A stretch of DNA of 63,646 bases, the filler included, from Lama guanicoe (taxonomy: Eukaryota): assembly GCA_013239625.1 (NCBI GenBank). It is 166 parts of 166 records of this genome, joined end to end, with 100 filler letters (N's around TTAATTAATTAA, not from the genome) between each part and the next. Parts side by side here need not be neighbours in the genome. Positions count along the whole stretch, not along the records: positions 49,891 to 50,175 come from PNXV01053033.1; positions 50,276 to 50,560 come from PNXV01053034.1; positions 50,661 to 50,945 come from PNXV01053035.1; positions 51,046 to 51,330 come from PNXV01053036.1; positions 51,431 to 51,715 come from PNXV01053037.1; positions 51,816 to 52,100 come from PNXV01053038.1; positions 52,201 to 52,485 come from PNXV01053039.1; positions 52,586 to 52,870 come from PNXV01053040.1; 158 more parts are not named here. The stretch is one strand, 5' to 3'. Positions 50,175 through 62,976 of the stretch are shown here, in pieces (within the stretch, counting starts at the first letter, position 1; each line of letters opens with the position of its first letter). The position numbers and the translations under genes are program-made. The notes under the pieces were generated by a model. It was not told the DNA's origin. It worked only from the letters and a program-made list of their open reading frames with translations, and made no database searches.

Positions 50175-52200
50175 TNNNNNNNNNNNNNNNNNNNNNNNNN
50201 NNNNNNNNNNNNNNNNNNNTTAATTAATTAANNNNNNNNNNNNNNNNNNNNNNNNNNNNNNNNNNNNNNNNNNNNTCCCTATTTGCTCTGTCGTGGGTTT
50301 CCTCCCCCTCCCCAGTATCTGCACAGTTTCTGCCAAAACCCAGATGCTCCTGAGCCCCACAGCTGTGCCCCCAGGGGTGGTGACTGTCTCTCCACTCCTG
50401 CCAGGAGCACTGACCGAAAAATCCCAAAAGCTTGGCTCTACCTCTGATACCGTCCTCCTCCTGCAGGGTGGACATCCCTCTCCCGGAGCTGAGCTCCGCC
50501 CACATGCCTCCTCCCATGAAGAGGCTGCATCAAGGTCCGTTTCTATAACTCCCATGACTTNNNNNNNNNNNNNNNNNNNNNNNNNNNNNNNNNNNNNNNN
50601 NNNNTTAATTAATTAANNNNNNNNNNNNNNNNNNNNNNNNNNNNNNNNNNNNNNNNNNNNAAATTCTTTCTGAAGTCAATATTAACAGAGCTACTTCAAG
50701 GAATAAAGTTTGAGAATTTTTGTCTTGCCCCTTTACTACCAAATTATGCTATTTCATCTTCAAAGTTACTATGTACTTTTTCAGAATTTATCTTTCTGGG
50801 CAGATAAAGAGATAAAATAAATGACCATTTTATTTTCCTTTTTGCTTGATATTTTCCCTCAGCGTCCATGCTTCAGGTAGCCGTATTACTTGCTTACGTC
50901 TTATGTCCTGGTGCCGTGGTTAGCTAACATATAGCTCAGGCAGGCNNNNNNNNNNNNNNNNNNNNNNNNNNNNNNNNNNNNNNNNNNNNTTAATTAATTA
51001 ANNNNNNNNNNNNNNNNNNNNNNNNNNNNNNNNNNNNNNNNNNNNGGACTAATGTGCCCCCCACACATCCACAGTCCTGTGGCTAATGAGAAGGGTTGTC
51101 AGGCAGACAGAAATGTAGTTCACAGTCACAATAGCTCGCACCATTATTGTTTACCTCAATAAGTAAAGCATTTATGCCTCAAAACTATTTAAAAGCCGAC
51201 TTTTCAGATTCTGTATGCCTCTGACAGCATATAATGAGTAGTTTGTCATAGCAAGTAACAAATTTTATTATAGCTCTAATACTGAAAATTCCATCTGTTT
51301 CCACAAACAGAACATGAACACAGGAAAGCANNNNNNNNNNNNNNNNNNNNNNNNNNNNNNNNNNNNNNNNNNNNTTAATTAATTAANNNNNNNNNNNNNN
51401 NNNNNNNNNNNNNNNNNNNNNNNNNNNNNNTAAAACATGTTAAAAAAAGTGTTCTAATCTCTGGTTTAGCACTATTGTAAATATAAATGTATTCATCCTG
51501 TGGCTGTACTAACTTTTAAATAATTGATCCTTAAAATCTAGGGGGAAAATGTGCTCTAAGCATCTTACCCACTGAAAAAATAAGAAATTATCATCAATTA
51601 ATTTTTTTTAAGTTTCTAAAGGTTAAAAGAAAACAAATAATAAAGAAAGAAAGAATGCAAACCAAATTTCAGAATAGGCAGGATATTTCCCCAGTACAGA
51701 TAACTGAGAAATTTTNNNNNNNNNNNNNNNNNNNNNNNNNNNNNNNNNNNNNNNNNNNNTTAATTAATTAANNNNNNNNNNNNNNNNNNNNNNNNNNNNN
51801 NNNNNNNNNNNNNNNATGTCTCTCCCTCAATTTCTTTTGACGCCATTCCACTCAAGCTTTGGAATAACCAACTGAAACCTCTCTTGATCATCTCCCCAGT
51901 GACTCCTGGGTTGTTCAACCCAGGAATCAGTTCTGAGTCCCAATCAGGTTGCTTTATCTCTTTGAAATATCTTCTTCCTGTAAGTCCCTGCTCCCACAGT
52001 ACCACATACCCTGGTCTTCTTTATAACACTGTGTCTGATTCATTTTTTTCTGTTTTTTTGCTCATCTCCCAAACTCACAGTTTGCAGACATCCATAGCTC
52101 NNNNNNNNNNNNNNNNNNNNNNNNNNNNNNNNNNNNNNNNNNNNTTAATTAATTAANNNNNNNNNNNNNNNNNNNNNNNNNNNNNNNNNNNNNNNNNNNN

Positions 52201-52485
52201 CTATATATGACAAACCTACAGACAGCATAGTACTTAATGGTGAAAAACTCAAACCTTCCCACTAAAATCTGGGACTAGTCAAGGCTGTCAACTCTCATCA
52301 CTCCTATTCAATACAGTCTTGGAAGGCCTAGCAAGAACAATCAGGTAAGAGAGAGAAATACAAGCAATCCAAATTGGAAAACAAGATGTAAAATTGTCAC
52401 TATATGCAGATGACACAATACTATATAGAGAAAACCCTAAAAGGGCCACAGAAAAATTACTAGAACTAATTGAAGAATTCAGCAA
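52201..52485 (+). mobile_element. LINE-1 ORF2 RT core fragment
   Basis: ATATATGACAAACCTACAG..CTCCTATTCAATACAGTCTTGGAAG..TCACTATATGCAGATGACA (SLYADD). Confidence 0.93.
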
Positions 52486-52970
52486 NNNNNNNNNNNNNNN
52501 NNNNNNNNNNNNNNNNNNNNNNNNNNNNNTTAATTAATTAANNNNNNNNNNNNNNNNNNNNNNNNNNNNNNNNNNNNNNNNNNNNGAGTCCTGCAGAGAC
52601 AGCCCTGGTCCTAACCTGGCGCAACAGAGTTCATCGCATTTCTTTGTTCGTGGAATCACCCAACATGAGGTGCAAACTGCCACTCCATCCCTCATTTGTA
52701 TCATGTGGCCACTCTGTGTCACATACTCTTTTAGCCTGTAACAAATAAACAAAATAAAAAACTCTCTTCATTTGGGGCAGCTTACAGCCTAGCTACAGAG
52801 ACAGAAATACAGCAATACCCGTTGTTGTACTGGGTAAGAACAAAGAAAATATTAAATAAGCAAAGGAGCANNNNNNNNNNNNNNNNNNNNNNNNNNNNNN
52901 NNNNNNNNNNNNNNTTAATTAATTAANNNNNNNNNNNNNNNNNNNNNNNNNNNNNNNNNNNNNNNNNNNN

Positions 52971-53254
52971 TGCACAGCAAAGGAAACCATAAGGAAAACA
53001 AAAAGACAACCTATGGAATAGGAGAAAATATCTGCCTATGATGGGACTGACAAGGGCTTAAATTCCAGAATATACAAACAGCTCACACAACTTAATAACA
53101 AAAAAACAAACAACCCAATCCAGAAATTAGCAGAAGACTTAAACAAGCAGTTCTCCAGTGAAGACATACAACTGGCCAATAGGCACAAGAAAAAAATGCT
53201 CAATATCACTAATTATCAGAAAAAGGCAAATCAAAACTACAATGAGGTATCACC
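52971..53254 (+). mobile_element. LINE-1 ORF2 C-terminal fragment
   Basis: TGCACAGCAAAGGAAACCATAAG..CAAATCAAAACTACAATGAGGTATCACC. Confidence 0.93.
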
Positions 53255-53916
53255 NNNNNNNNNNNNNNNNNNNNNNNNNNNNNNNNNNNNNNNNNNNNTT
53301 AATTAATTAANNNNNNNNNNNNNNNNNNNNNNNNNNNNNNNNNNNNNNNNNNNNTGAACGTGGAAGTGGAATATCAAGTTTGGTAATGAGTCCAAGGTGA
53401 ATGGGTCCAAGTACGCTCTAGACAGAAATAAAAAAATTTAACAGGACTATTTCAGTATGTGTTCTCACTAGTGAAAAACATCACTCACCAAGTGAGAGAG
53501 ACAACAGTAGCGAAAGCTGAGCAGGTGGTTGACTAGCCATGAGAAGATAAACACAGGTAACAAAAGCCTCTTGGTGAGAATGTACTGCAAGACAAAGCCA
53601 GGAACGTGCAAATACACATTCTTAAATCATAAGTGGTAANNNNNNNNNNNNNNNNNNNNNNNNNNNNNNNNNNNNNNNNNNNNTTAATTAATTAANNNNN
53701 NNNNNNNNNNNNNNNNNNNNNNNNNNNNNNNNNNNNNNNGTTTGGGTAGGGAGACAGATTCATGGTGCATCCTCCTCCACCATCTTCTTAGGCTCAGGAC
53801 TCTCACCTGTTAGGCTGACTGAAATTTCCCATAAATAAAGAATTCTTTTTTCTATGACCTGCTTAACTAAGTGAGGTTTTGTTCGGTGTGGAGAGAGAAG
53901 GTAAGTCTTTAAAAAG

Positions 53917-54022
53917 TTTTTGTTTGTTTGTTTTTTTGGCAGGGGAGGGTAATTCGGATTATATATTTATTTATTTTTTAAAATGGAGGTACTGGGGATT
54001 GAACCCAGGACCTTGTGCATGC
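53917..54022 (-). mobile_element. Camelid Vic-1-like SINE 3' half
   Basis: Reverse complement GCATGCACAAGGTCCTGGGTTCAATCCCCAGTACCTCCATTTTAAAAAAATAAAT..AATTACCCTCCCC + A-rich tail. Confidence 0.88.
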
Positions 54023-56047
54023 NNNNNNNNNNNNNNNNNNNNNNNNNNNNNNNNNNNNNNNNNNNNTTAATTAATTAANNNNNNNNNNNNNNNNNNNNNN
54101 NNNNNNNNNNNNNNNNNNNNNNGAGTGCGCTTCTCACCAACCTCTGGCCTCATTCCGCCCCACCTTCCTTTGCGAACGTGGTCTGTTCAACTAGTGCGTT
54201 ACAGGTGTTGTCGGCTCCAAATCTGAAACCAGTCCCTGAGGCATGGAGGGCTGCTTGAGCATGGTAATGCCCCTCTGCGTACCTGTCATCTACCTGCTGG
54301 CTGACCCCGCCACAAGCTCCCACTGTAGATTAGATACCCGCGCTGGAACCCCAGGCCTTGTGACAGACATCATCCTATCCTCATGATCATCCCATGGGCC
54401 AGGATATNNNNNNNNNNNNNNNNNNNNNNNNNNNNNNNNNNNNNNNNNNNNTTAATTAATTAANNNNNNNNNNNNNNNNNNNNNNNNNNNNNNNNNNNNN
54501 NNNNNNNAGGAAATAGCGAACTGGAAGCAGCGAGTCCAGAGAAAGAAAGGCTGGTGGAGGTGAACGCCCGAAGGGAATGGGCCCTGCAGGACAAGGTCAC
54601 CCAGCTGGAGTCCCTGGCTGAGCACCTGATGAGGGCCACCCCGCCAGCCCAGGGACCTGGGAGATGGCAGGGGGCATGGCAGCACCAGAGGCCAGCAGGG
54701 CGCGAGGAGCAGCACAGAGCCCCTCATCCATCCCTCGGCCAGAAGGGGACCTGAAGCGGTCTGGGGTGACATCAGTGTCCCATCCAGGTCCTNNNNNNNN
54801 NNNNNNNNNNNNNNNNNNNNNNNNNNNNNNNNNNNNTTAATTAATTAANNNNNNNNNNNNNNNNNNNNNNNNNNNNNNNNNNNNNNNNNNNNAGTAACCT
54901 CATTCTTTTCCATATTTTAGCAGCATTTATTCTAATCTTGCTGCTGAAAAGATTTGAACATAATGCTCCAAATCTAACCCGGTTGCTTTCAAACGATACT
55001 GACTTACATTTATTCTGAAATTCTAAAGCTTCTGCCAGAAGATGTTACTTCTTTTCTAATATAAACAGGTGCATTTTATTGAAACTCTCAGCTGTAAATA
55101 AATGGGTGAAGGCGAAGCCTAGATTCTTCCAAATCTGTAGGTTTTGAAAAACACAAGTGTCGAGGGCTACACTGCAGNNNNNNNNNNNNNNNNNNNNNNN
55201 NNNNNNNNNNNNNNNNNNNNNTTAATTAATTAANNNNNNNNNNNNNNNNNNNNNNNNNNNNNNNNNNNNNNNNNNNNCTCCTATGTGTCATGCACAGTGT
55301 GGCCACCGTGGGGTGGGAGAGGGAGAGAGCAGCCGGTGCTCCGAGCACTGACCATGCAACCAGCAGTTCAAGGGGCACTTGGACTCTCCCTGTGTGCTCC
55401 AGGCATGACGGCCAGCAAACACAGACGACTAAAATCTTGGCTCCCACATTATGCATACTTTGCGTTAAAAAATACAGACAGTGCTCAAGCAAATACAGCT
55501 TTTGGAGGAATTACAGACATGTAACTTCTAACTTCAAGTAGTATTATCTCAATATTTTGATANNNNNNNNNNNNNNNNNNNNNNNNNNNNNNNNNNNNNN
55601 NNNNNNTTAATTAATTAANNNNNNNNNNNNNNNNNNNNNNNNNNNNNNNNNNNNNNNNNNNNGAAAGTTCTTCTCGTTTGAATATCTGAACAGATTAAAT
55701 CATGTTGGGTTTTTTCTGGTGTTTTATATATTAATTAAAAAATTATCTGGAATCTATTTTAATATCAAAATTGAGGACACTGTGCCAGGTCTTCCAATGA
55801 TTTAGATAATTACTTCAGTACTTGAATCTACTGATTTGAAGAGTCAGTTTTATAATATTACTAAAATCTCAAAAATATCCACATCTATTCTTGAAATGAA
55901 CTCTATTTCATTCATACTCTCAGTGCACTATTTCTATACTGTTTCCANNNNNNNNNNNNNNNNNNNNNNNNNNNNNNNNNNNNNNNNNNNNTTAATTAAT
56001 TAANNNNNNNNNNNNNNNNNNNNNNNNNNNNNNNNNNNNNNNNNNNN

Positions 56048-56332
56048 AAATGCAAAGTGCTTAATTTTGAGATTGTCCAATTTGCTGTATTTTTCCTTTA
56101 TGAATCCTACTTTTGCTTCCATGCCTAAGAAATCTTTACCTCCCCGAGGTATAAAGATTTTCTCCTATGACTTCTAAAAGTTTCATAACTTTAGCTAGAT
56201 ATTGAATCTATTTAGGTGTGTAATCTATTTTGAGTTAATATTTGTACATAGCGTGATGTAAGGATTTAAGCTTACCTTTTTATGTGTGGATATCTGTCTC
56301 AGTACAATAAGTTGAAAAGATTATACTTTGCT
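56048..56332 (-). mobile_element. Old LINE-1 (L1M) ORF2 fragment
   Basis: CTAAGAAATCTTTACC..AAAGATTTTCTCCTATG..CTATTTTGAGTTAATATTTGTA. Confidence 0.75.
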
Positions 56333-57202
56333 NNNNNNNNNNNNNNNNNNNNNNNNNNNNNNNNNNNNNNNNNNNNTTAATTAATTAANNNNNNNNNNNN
56401 NNNNNNNNNNNNNNNNNNNNNNNNNNNNNNNNGCTCTTAGACAAGAAGCATCCTGGGGTCACCCTTAGACACTGAGGGGGCTGGGCTGGGACCAACTAGG
56501 TTCTGCCACTTATAACATCTCCACAGGGAGGTTTTCATCTCAGAGCAGGTACTGTCTGCCTGTGGAAACACGAGCAGGCTGATACAATAGCAATGGTCAG
56601 TCTCAAATGTGAGATGAGGAAGAGGTTGTGACAGGGTCAGATTTGCTGTTCAGAGTAAACGCAGGTGATTCCTGAAGATGTGACAACAGAAAGTCACCCT
56701 GAGTCAGACCTGGTCCCNNNNNNNNNNNNNNNNNNNNNNNNNNNNNNNNNNNNNNNNNNNNTTAATTAATTAANNNNNNNNNNNNNNNNNNNNNNNNNNN
56801 NNNNNNNNNNNNNNNNNAGATTTTGTTGACACCTGCAGGGCACGAGTGCCCCATCTGCTCAGGCTGCTTCCATTCCCCACACTCAAATCCTGGGTGGTGG
56901 CCATGATCCTTAAAGGTGCCCCCACCCCAAAAAGACTAGTGATGGTGGTGGAACCATAAGGAATGCAGCAAGGTCAGTCTCATTGTCCAAAAAGCCCACT
57001 TGACACCTGCCCCTTCTTGTCCCTGTCCCTGGCTCACGCTGTAGACCCTGCCCACCTCCACAGAGCTGGAGGCCAGGGACAGCAACCACATCTTTGTGCC
57101 CCNNNNNNNNNNNNNNNNNNNNNNNNNNNNNNNNNNNNNNNNNNNNTTAATTAATTAANNNNNNNNNNNNNNNNNNNNNNNNNNNNNNNNNNNNNNNNNN
57201 NN

Positions 57203-57487
57203 TTCCAGAACACAAACAATGTTTACCATCTTTTCATGTACTTAACCAACCATTTGTATGTCTTCTTTAGTGACATGACTGAAAATATTTTGCCCATTTT
57301 TAAATTGGAATATTTGTCTTTTTACTGAGTTGTAAGTGTTCTTTATATATACTGGGTACAAGTCCTTTATCAGATGAATTCTTCAAACATATGATTCACA
57401 AATATTTTCTTCTGGCCTGTGGCCTGCCTTTTCTTTTTTTCAAAAATGAAGTACAAAGGTTTTAAATTTGATGAGGTGAAGATGTTT
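57203..57487 (-). mobile_element. Old LINE-1 (L1M) ORF2 fragment
   Basis: CATCTTTTCATGTACTTA..CCATTTGTATGTCTTCTTT..TTTGCCCATTTTTAAATTGG..AGTCCTTTATCAGAT. Confidence 0.8.
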
Positions 57488-57758
57488 NNNNNNNNNNNNN
57501 NNNNNNNNNNNNNNNNNNNNNNNNNNNNNNNTTAATTAATTAANNNNNNNNNNNNNNNNNNNNNNNNNNNNNNNNNNNNNNNNNNNNATAATTGATATAC
57601 TTTCTTTGTCCTTTAATGTTACTGTTTCATTTAATCTCTTTTATTGAAAATTAATTATCAATGCAAAGACTTTATATAAAAAATAATAGATGTACATATT
57701 TCTTGTATTTTCAATATTTAGTATTTGGCTTAAATGAAGTGCTTTTTTCTTTTTTCAG

Positions 57759-57792
57759 GTCTTCAAAGAAAACGTCTGCTAAAAAGGACCAG
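57759..57792 (+). CDS. 34-bp micro-exon, probably ANKRD26/CCDC144 family
   Basis: Strong polypyrimidine acceptor ttttttcttttttcag, SSKKTSAKKDQ, GT donor; resembles recalled ANKRD26 KKTSNEKNK small exon. Confidence 0.55.
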
Positions 57793-58742
57793 GTAGAGTA
57801 AAATACTAATTATAAAAGTATTTTCCTGTAGTAAAAAAATTTATAAAAGATAGAGTGGAAAAACAGAAAATCNNNNNNNNNNNNNNNNNNNNNNNNNNNN
57901 NNNNNNNNNNNNNNNNTTAATTAATTAANNNNNNNNNNNNNNNNNNNNNNNNNNNNNNNNNNNNNNNNNNNNTTTTTTGTTTGTTTGTTTGTTTTTTCTA
58001 GCTTTGGAAAGGATGGGGTGCAGAAGAAATAGAAACAGCTATATAATGTAGAGCTAAATATTCACGTATTCACTTGCTTCAGCCTTTCTCAAAGTATGGT
58101 CTGTAGACACCAGGGAAATACCCAAAACCTTCTAAAGGAAGATCCATGAGTGAGTTCAAATTTTCAGTTTCAAATTTTTTGTATTTTCAAGACATTTCTT
58201 ACCTTTTTCACTGCTATTGCAAGAGCAACAGTGGGTAAAATTGCTGGTACCTGGACANNNNNNNNNNNNNNNNNNNNNNNNNNNNNNNNNNNNNNNNNNN
58301 NTTAATTAATTAANNNNNNNNNNNNNNNNNNNNNNNNNNNNNNNNNNNNNNNNNNNNCCCCCTCAGCTGGCAGGTCATAGGATGCTTGACTGCGGTGCTT
58401 GACCAAATTCAGTAGCTTAGACCCATATGTTGTTATTTTAAAAATCAAACTCAAATGTTTCATTTATAGATATTGTCTGAAATAACTATTCCAAACACTG
58501 TAATTTAGGGAGTCAATCAGATTATATATGGATTCGAAACGAATGGATGACTTTAGGTCTGTTTTAAACAAGGAGTGGGGAGGTATTCAGGGGAGACTTC
58601 TGTGTGTGCTGAGAGATGTGTTCCTTCTAATTTTCTCTCTCTNNNNNNNNNNNNNNNNNNNNNNNNNNNNNNNNNNNNNNNNNNNNTTAATTAATTAANN
58701 NNNNNNNNNNNNNNNNNNNNNNNNNNNNNNNNNNNNNNNNNN

Positions 58743-59026
58743 ATTGTCATTCTAAGTGAAGGAAGCCAGATAAGAGAAAGAAAAATACCATATTTTATCA
58801 CTTATATGTGGATCTAAAAGAAAGACAAATGAATTTATTTACAAAAGAGCAACAGACTCACAGAAATAGAAAACAAACTTATGGTTACTAGGGGGGAAGA
58901 GTGGGAAGGGATAAATAGGGAGCTCCAGATTTGCAGATACTAACTACTATATATAAAATAGATAAGCAAGTTCATATTGTAGAGCACAGGGAACTATATT
59001 CAATACCTTGTAGTAACATATGGTGA
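58743..59026 (+). mobile_element. LINE-1 3' UTR fragment, lineage-young type
   Basis: CATTCTAAGTGAAGGAAGCCAGA..GGGAAGGGATAAATAGGGAG..GATTTGCAGATACTAACTACTATATATAAAATAGAT..CACAGGGAACTATATTCAAT. Confidence 0.92.
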
Positions 59027-61120
59027 NNNNNNNNNNNNNNNNNNNNNNNNNNNNNNNNNNNNNNNNNNNNTTAATTAATTAANNNNNNNNNNNNNNNNNN
59101 NNNNNNNNNNNNNNNNNNNNNNNNNNGAAAATGACTTCATATTCTTTATTAAATAATATCAAAAATTATTGAGAAGAATGACAGCAAACTATGCAATTTC
59201 TGCTACTGGAAATTAGTAACCATGTTAGCATTTGGTAGCATTATTCTAGTCATCTCTTGATGCATAAAACAATAAATAGATAGCTATGATGATATACAAA
59301 TAATCTCACACGAAAATGGATTAAATGTCATTCTAACTAAATGTAACGTCAGGAAAAACATAAGGTGAAGCTAAAGGAATTGCTAATTTTCAATAAGTAT
59401 TTTTCATAGTANNNNNNNNNNNNNNNNNNNNNNNNNNNNNNNNNNNNNNNNNNNNTTAATTAATTAANNNNNNNNNNNNNNNNNNNNNNNNNNNNNNNNN
59501 NNNNNNNNNNNACACTAGAACACATTCAATGAGGGCAGAGAACCCTCATTTTTACTCACAAGTGCACTCCTGGGATCTAGAACAGTGTTTGGTGCACAGC
59601 AGTTGCCCAGTAAATATTCATCAGTTTAATCAATTATACCAGAAGGCAGAATTTGTCTCAAAAAAGAAAATTGTAAGGCAGTAGGGCTTAATTTAATACA
59701 AGGAAGAACAGGATAAAAATCTGTAGAGGAAAAAATACAGTTGCCTCCCATGAGTCTTGAAGCTCAGACTGAAAGTTGACCTAACATAGTTGCTTTNNNN
59801 NNNNNNNNNNNNNNNNNNNNNNNNNNNNNNNNNNNNNNNNTTAATTAATTAANNNNNNNNNNNNNNNNNNNNNNNNNNNNNNNNNNNNNNNNNNNNGGAT
59901 GCTCCTGGAGAATGTCATTCTAAGTGTGATGGAATATCTTGATACATTAAGGTAACAATGGTCAATTCTGGAGTTGAAAGTTGGATAAATCCCATCCAAA
60001 GTTCTAGTGCAAAGATGAAATTAGAATGGTTTTCCATAGAAAATATCAGTCTTATTTCTTGGGTGGAGACACATTGGATGCTGGGTAGATAACAACCACT
60101 GGCATCCCCTAAGGTGGATTCAGAGAGCCCTGGCCGAGTAGAATACTCTCTTTCTCAGCATCAGAAGCCATGAGCGTTAGTNNNNNNNNNNNNNNNNNNN
60201 NNNNNNNNNNNNNNNNNNNNNNNNNTTAATTAATTAANNNNNNNNNNNNNNNNNNNNNNNNNNNNNNNNNNNNNNNNNNNNTTATCTAGTCATCCGTTGA
60301 TAGGCATTTAGTTTGTTTCCATGTCTATACGTTATTTTAACTATAGTCGCCTTGCTGTATTTTAAATCCTCATAATTTACTCATCGTATTCATCTGAAAG
60401 TTTCTACCTTTTGACCAACCTCTCCCCATTTTCCTCACTCCCCAAACACTGGCAACCACAATTCTGCTCTCTGTCTCTCTATTTTTTAAAAAGCTCAATT
60501 TTTTTTTTAAGATTTTGATGTGGACCTAAGTGACACCATAAAGTATTTGTCTGTCTTTCTCTGGTTNNNNNNNNNNNNNNNNNNNNNNNNNNNNNNNNNN
60601 NNNNNNNNNNTTAATTAATTAANNNNNNNNNNNNNNNNNNNNNNNNNNNNNNNNNNNNNNNNNNNNTCACAAAAGAGTTAATTGGGCTATGAATTTGCCT
60701 TTACTTTCATTGCTGTAAAAGAAAATTATTTTTCCTATGGTCTCTCCTCCCTTTCAGGACAAGCTGAGTGCAAAAGATACGGGCAACTTCACTGGTTTCC
60801 TCCCTACATCTTACAGGGCCCCGCCTCCCAGAGCAGTTTCACTTCTGAGTTTATCCCGTCTGAGTTAACTTCCTCACCCAGATCGCAGGAACTGGCAGCC
60901 ACGGAGGGACTAGCAGCGAATGTGACCGCTGTAGGTGAAGGAACAGCCCAGNNNNNNNNNNNNNNNNNNNNNNNNNNNNNNNNNNNNNNNNNNNNTTAAT
61001 TAATTAANNNNNNNNNNNNNNNNNNNNNNNNNNNNNNNNNNNNNNNNNNNNGTCTTCTTTCTAATTTCTCCAATACAAATTATTAGAATAGCAATTTAAA
61101 TTTTTTTCCCTCTATTTTAG

Positions 61121-61230
61121 GATTTTCTAAGGCACATTCCGGGAAGCTTATTATCATCAGATCTCTATAATAATTGGGTCTGTGTAATGGACAAAGGAAA
61201 TGATGAGGAGAAAATAAATGCAGTTCAAAG
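61121..61230 (+). CDS. ARHGAP20: RhoGAP-domain exon, ARHGAP20 or an ARHGAP20-like paralogue
   Basis: tttccctctattttag acceptor, 110-bp exon DFLRHIPGSLLSSDLYNNWVCVMDKGNDEEKINAVQ(R), gtaact donor. Confidence 0.85.
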
Positions 61231-61456
61231 GTAACTATTCCAATTTGGTCATTTCTCAAAAATACTTTTTAAAATAACTTATTTTATAAGCTTGTCTGTT
61301 AATGTAATAATAACTATCAAAGTCATATCCATAGGGNNNNNNNNNNNNNNNNNNNNNNNNNNNNNNNNNNNNNNNNNNNNTTAATTAATTAANNNNNNNN
61401 NNNNNNNNNNNNNNNNNNNNNNNNNNNNNNNNNNNNGTCAGTCCATCTTCATCCCA

Positions 61457-61721
61457 GACGTTTCTGTGAAAATGTTTTTTTTTTTTTCTTAAGTTAAATC
61501 GTGCCTGCTAAACTGAGCACACGCTCTACCACTGAGCGATTTCCCTCCCGTCATTTTTAGCTGAGGGTAACATTTAAACCAGCAGACTGTGAGCGAGGGG
61601 AGGTGAAGGCCTTGAGAGAAGACCGAGGACGCCCGAGGAAGAGGGGATTCGGCCTGCAATCTCCAACTGCGACCCTGCTGGGTCTCCAGCCGGCCACCTG
61701 TCCTGCGGACAGCGGATGTGC
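61457..61721 (+). mobile_element. MLT2-like LTR interrupted by an antisense partial Vic-1-like SINE (61475-61549)
   Basis: CAGACGTTTCTGTGAAAATG..[GCACACGCTCTACCACTGAGCGATTTCCCTCCC]..TAACATTTAAACCAGCAGACT..TGAAGGCCTTGAG..CTGGGTCTCCAGCC. Confidence 0.7.
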
Positions 61722-61988
61722 NNNNNNNNNNNNNNNNNNNNNNNNNNNNNNNNNNNNNNNNNNNNTTAATTAATTAANNNNNNNNNNNNNNNNNNNNNNN
61801 NNNNNNNNNNNNNNNNNNNNNTTCAGATTTAATTCACTTGACATTGATGATAAATTATTTTGAAGTTCAGCTTTTTTACATTTAAAATTGCTGTCTGAAT
61901 GATTGACTCAAAACTGAAGAGAATGAATACACTGTAATTACTCAGGTTATAATTATTTTTTAAATTGTATCCTTTTAATTTGCTTTAG

Positions 61989-62106
61989 ACACAAGCAGCG
62001 TATGAAGATAACTTGTTAAGAGAATATAAAAATGCTTCAATAAGTCAAATGAAGCATAAAATTAAATATCTGGAATCTGAACTGAAAAGTAAAACTGTTC
62101 AGTTAG
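61989..62106 (+). CDS. ANKRD26/CCDC144-family C-terminal coiled-coil exon, partial
   Basis: ttgctttag acceptor then TQAAYEDNLLREYKNASISQMKHKIKYLESELKSKTVQL, similar to recalled ANKRD26 AQAASQENLEQFRENNFASMKSQMELRIKDLESELSKIKT. Confidence 0.8.
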
Positions 62107-62976
62107 NNNNNNNNNNNNNNNNNNNNNNNNNNNNNNNNNNNNNNNNNNNNTTAATTAATTAANNNNNNNNNNNNNNNNNNNNNNNNNNNNNNNNNNNNNN
62201 NNNNNNAGGCAGAAGCAGAAGCTCCAGATCAGCAACTGACATCCCGAAGACACGCCGTAAATCACAGTGGGAGGGAGGGACGGGTAATTAGCACGACACA
62301 AATTTCAGCATCTTGGCTTTTCTTATAATTAGCAGACGAGCAATTTAAAATCCACAGCCCTGCACACAATCTCTCCTGTTATTTTCCAAAGGTAACAGCA
62401 AAAGCAGATCTAGCGAGGGATGGTTTAAATCCCCTTCCTTCACTCCATCCAACTTTATTGTAAGAACTGGTCAGAGACAGCTAGATGAGGGNNNNNNNNN
62501 NNNNNNNNNNNNNNNNNNNNNNNNNNNNNNNNNNNTTAATTAATTAANNNNNNNNNNNNNNNNNNNNNNNNNNNNNNNNNNNNNNNNNNNNGGCAGCAGG
62601 GCAATGCTCGAACACAAGAGGACTTGGTGGGTTGCCAACACACCCCTGGCAGAAAACTCATGTGAGAAAAGAGAGGAGGCCAAATCCAAATCCAGTAGCC
62701 AGAGCCCTTCAGCTAAAATGTGGGAGGTCCTAAGAAGGAAACCGGGGACTTTAAGGTCAAAAGGAAAATTGGCTGCAGGGAATGACAGAGTTATTTGAAA
62801 TGAGCCTGAAGGAATCTCAGCTTGGGACAAACCCCCTGGCAGGGCTTGACCCGTCCCCTCAGTGGCTTACTGAAAGNNNNNNNNNNNNNNNNNNNNNNNN
62901 NNNNNNNNNNNNNNNNNNNNTTAATTAATTAANNNNNNNNNNNNNNNNNNNNNNNNNNNNNNNNNNNNNNNNNNNN

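Noticed and set aside
50276..50560. Pro/Ser/Thr-rich ORF spanning the contig
   Set aside because: Also open on the opposite strand, no motif recognised; possibly coding but unsupported
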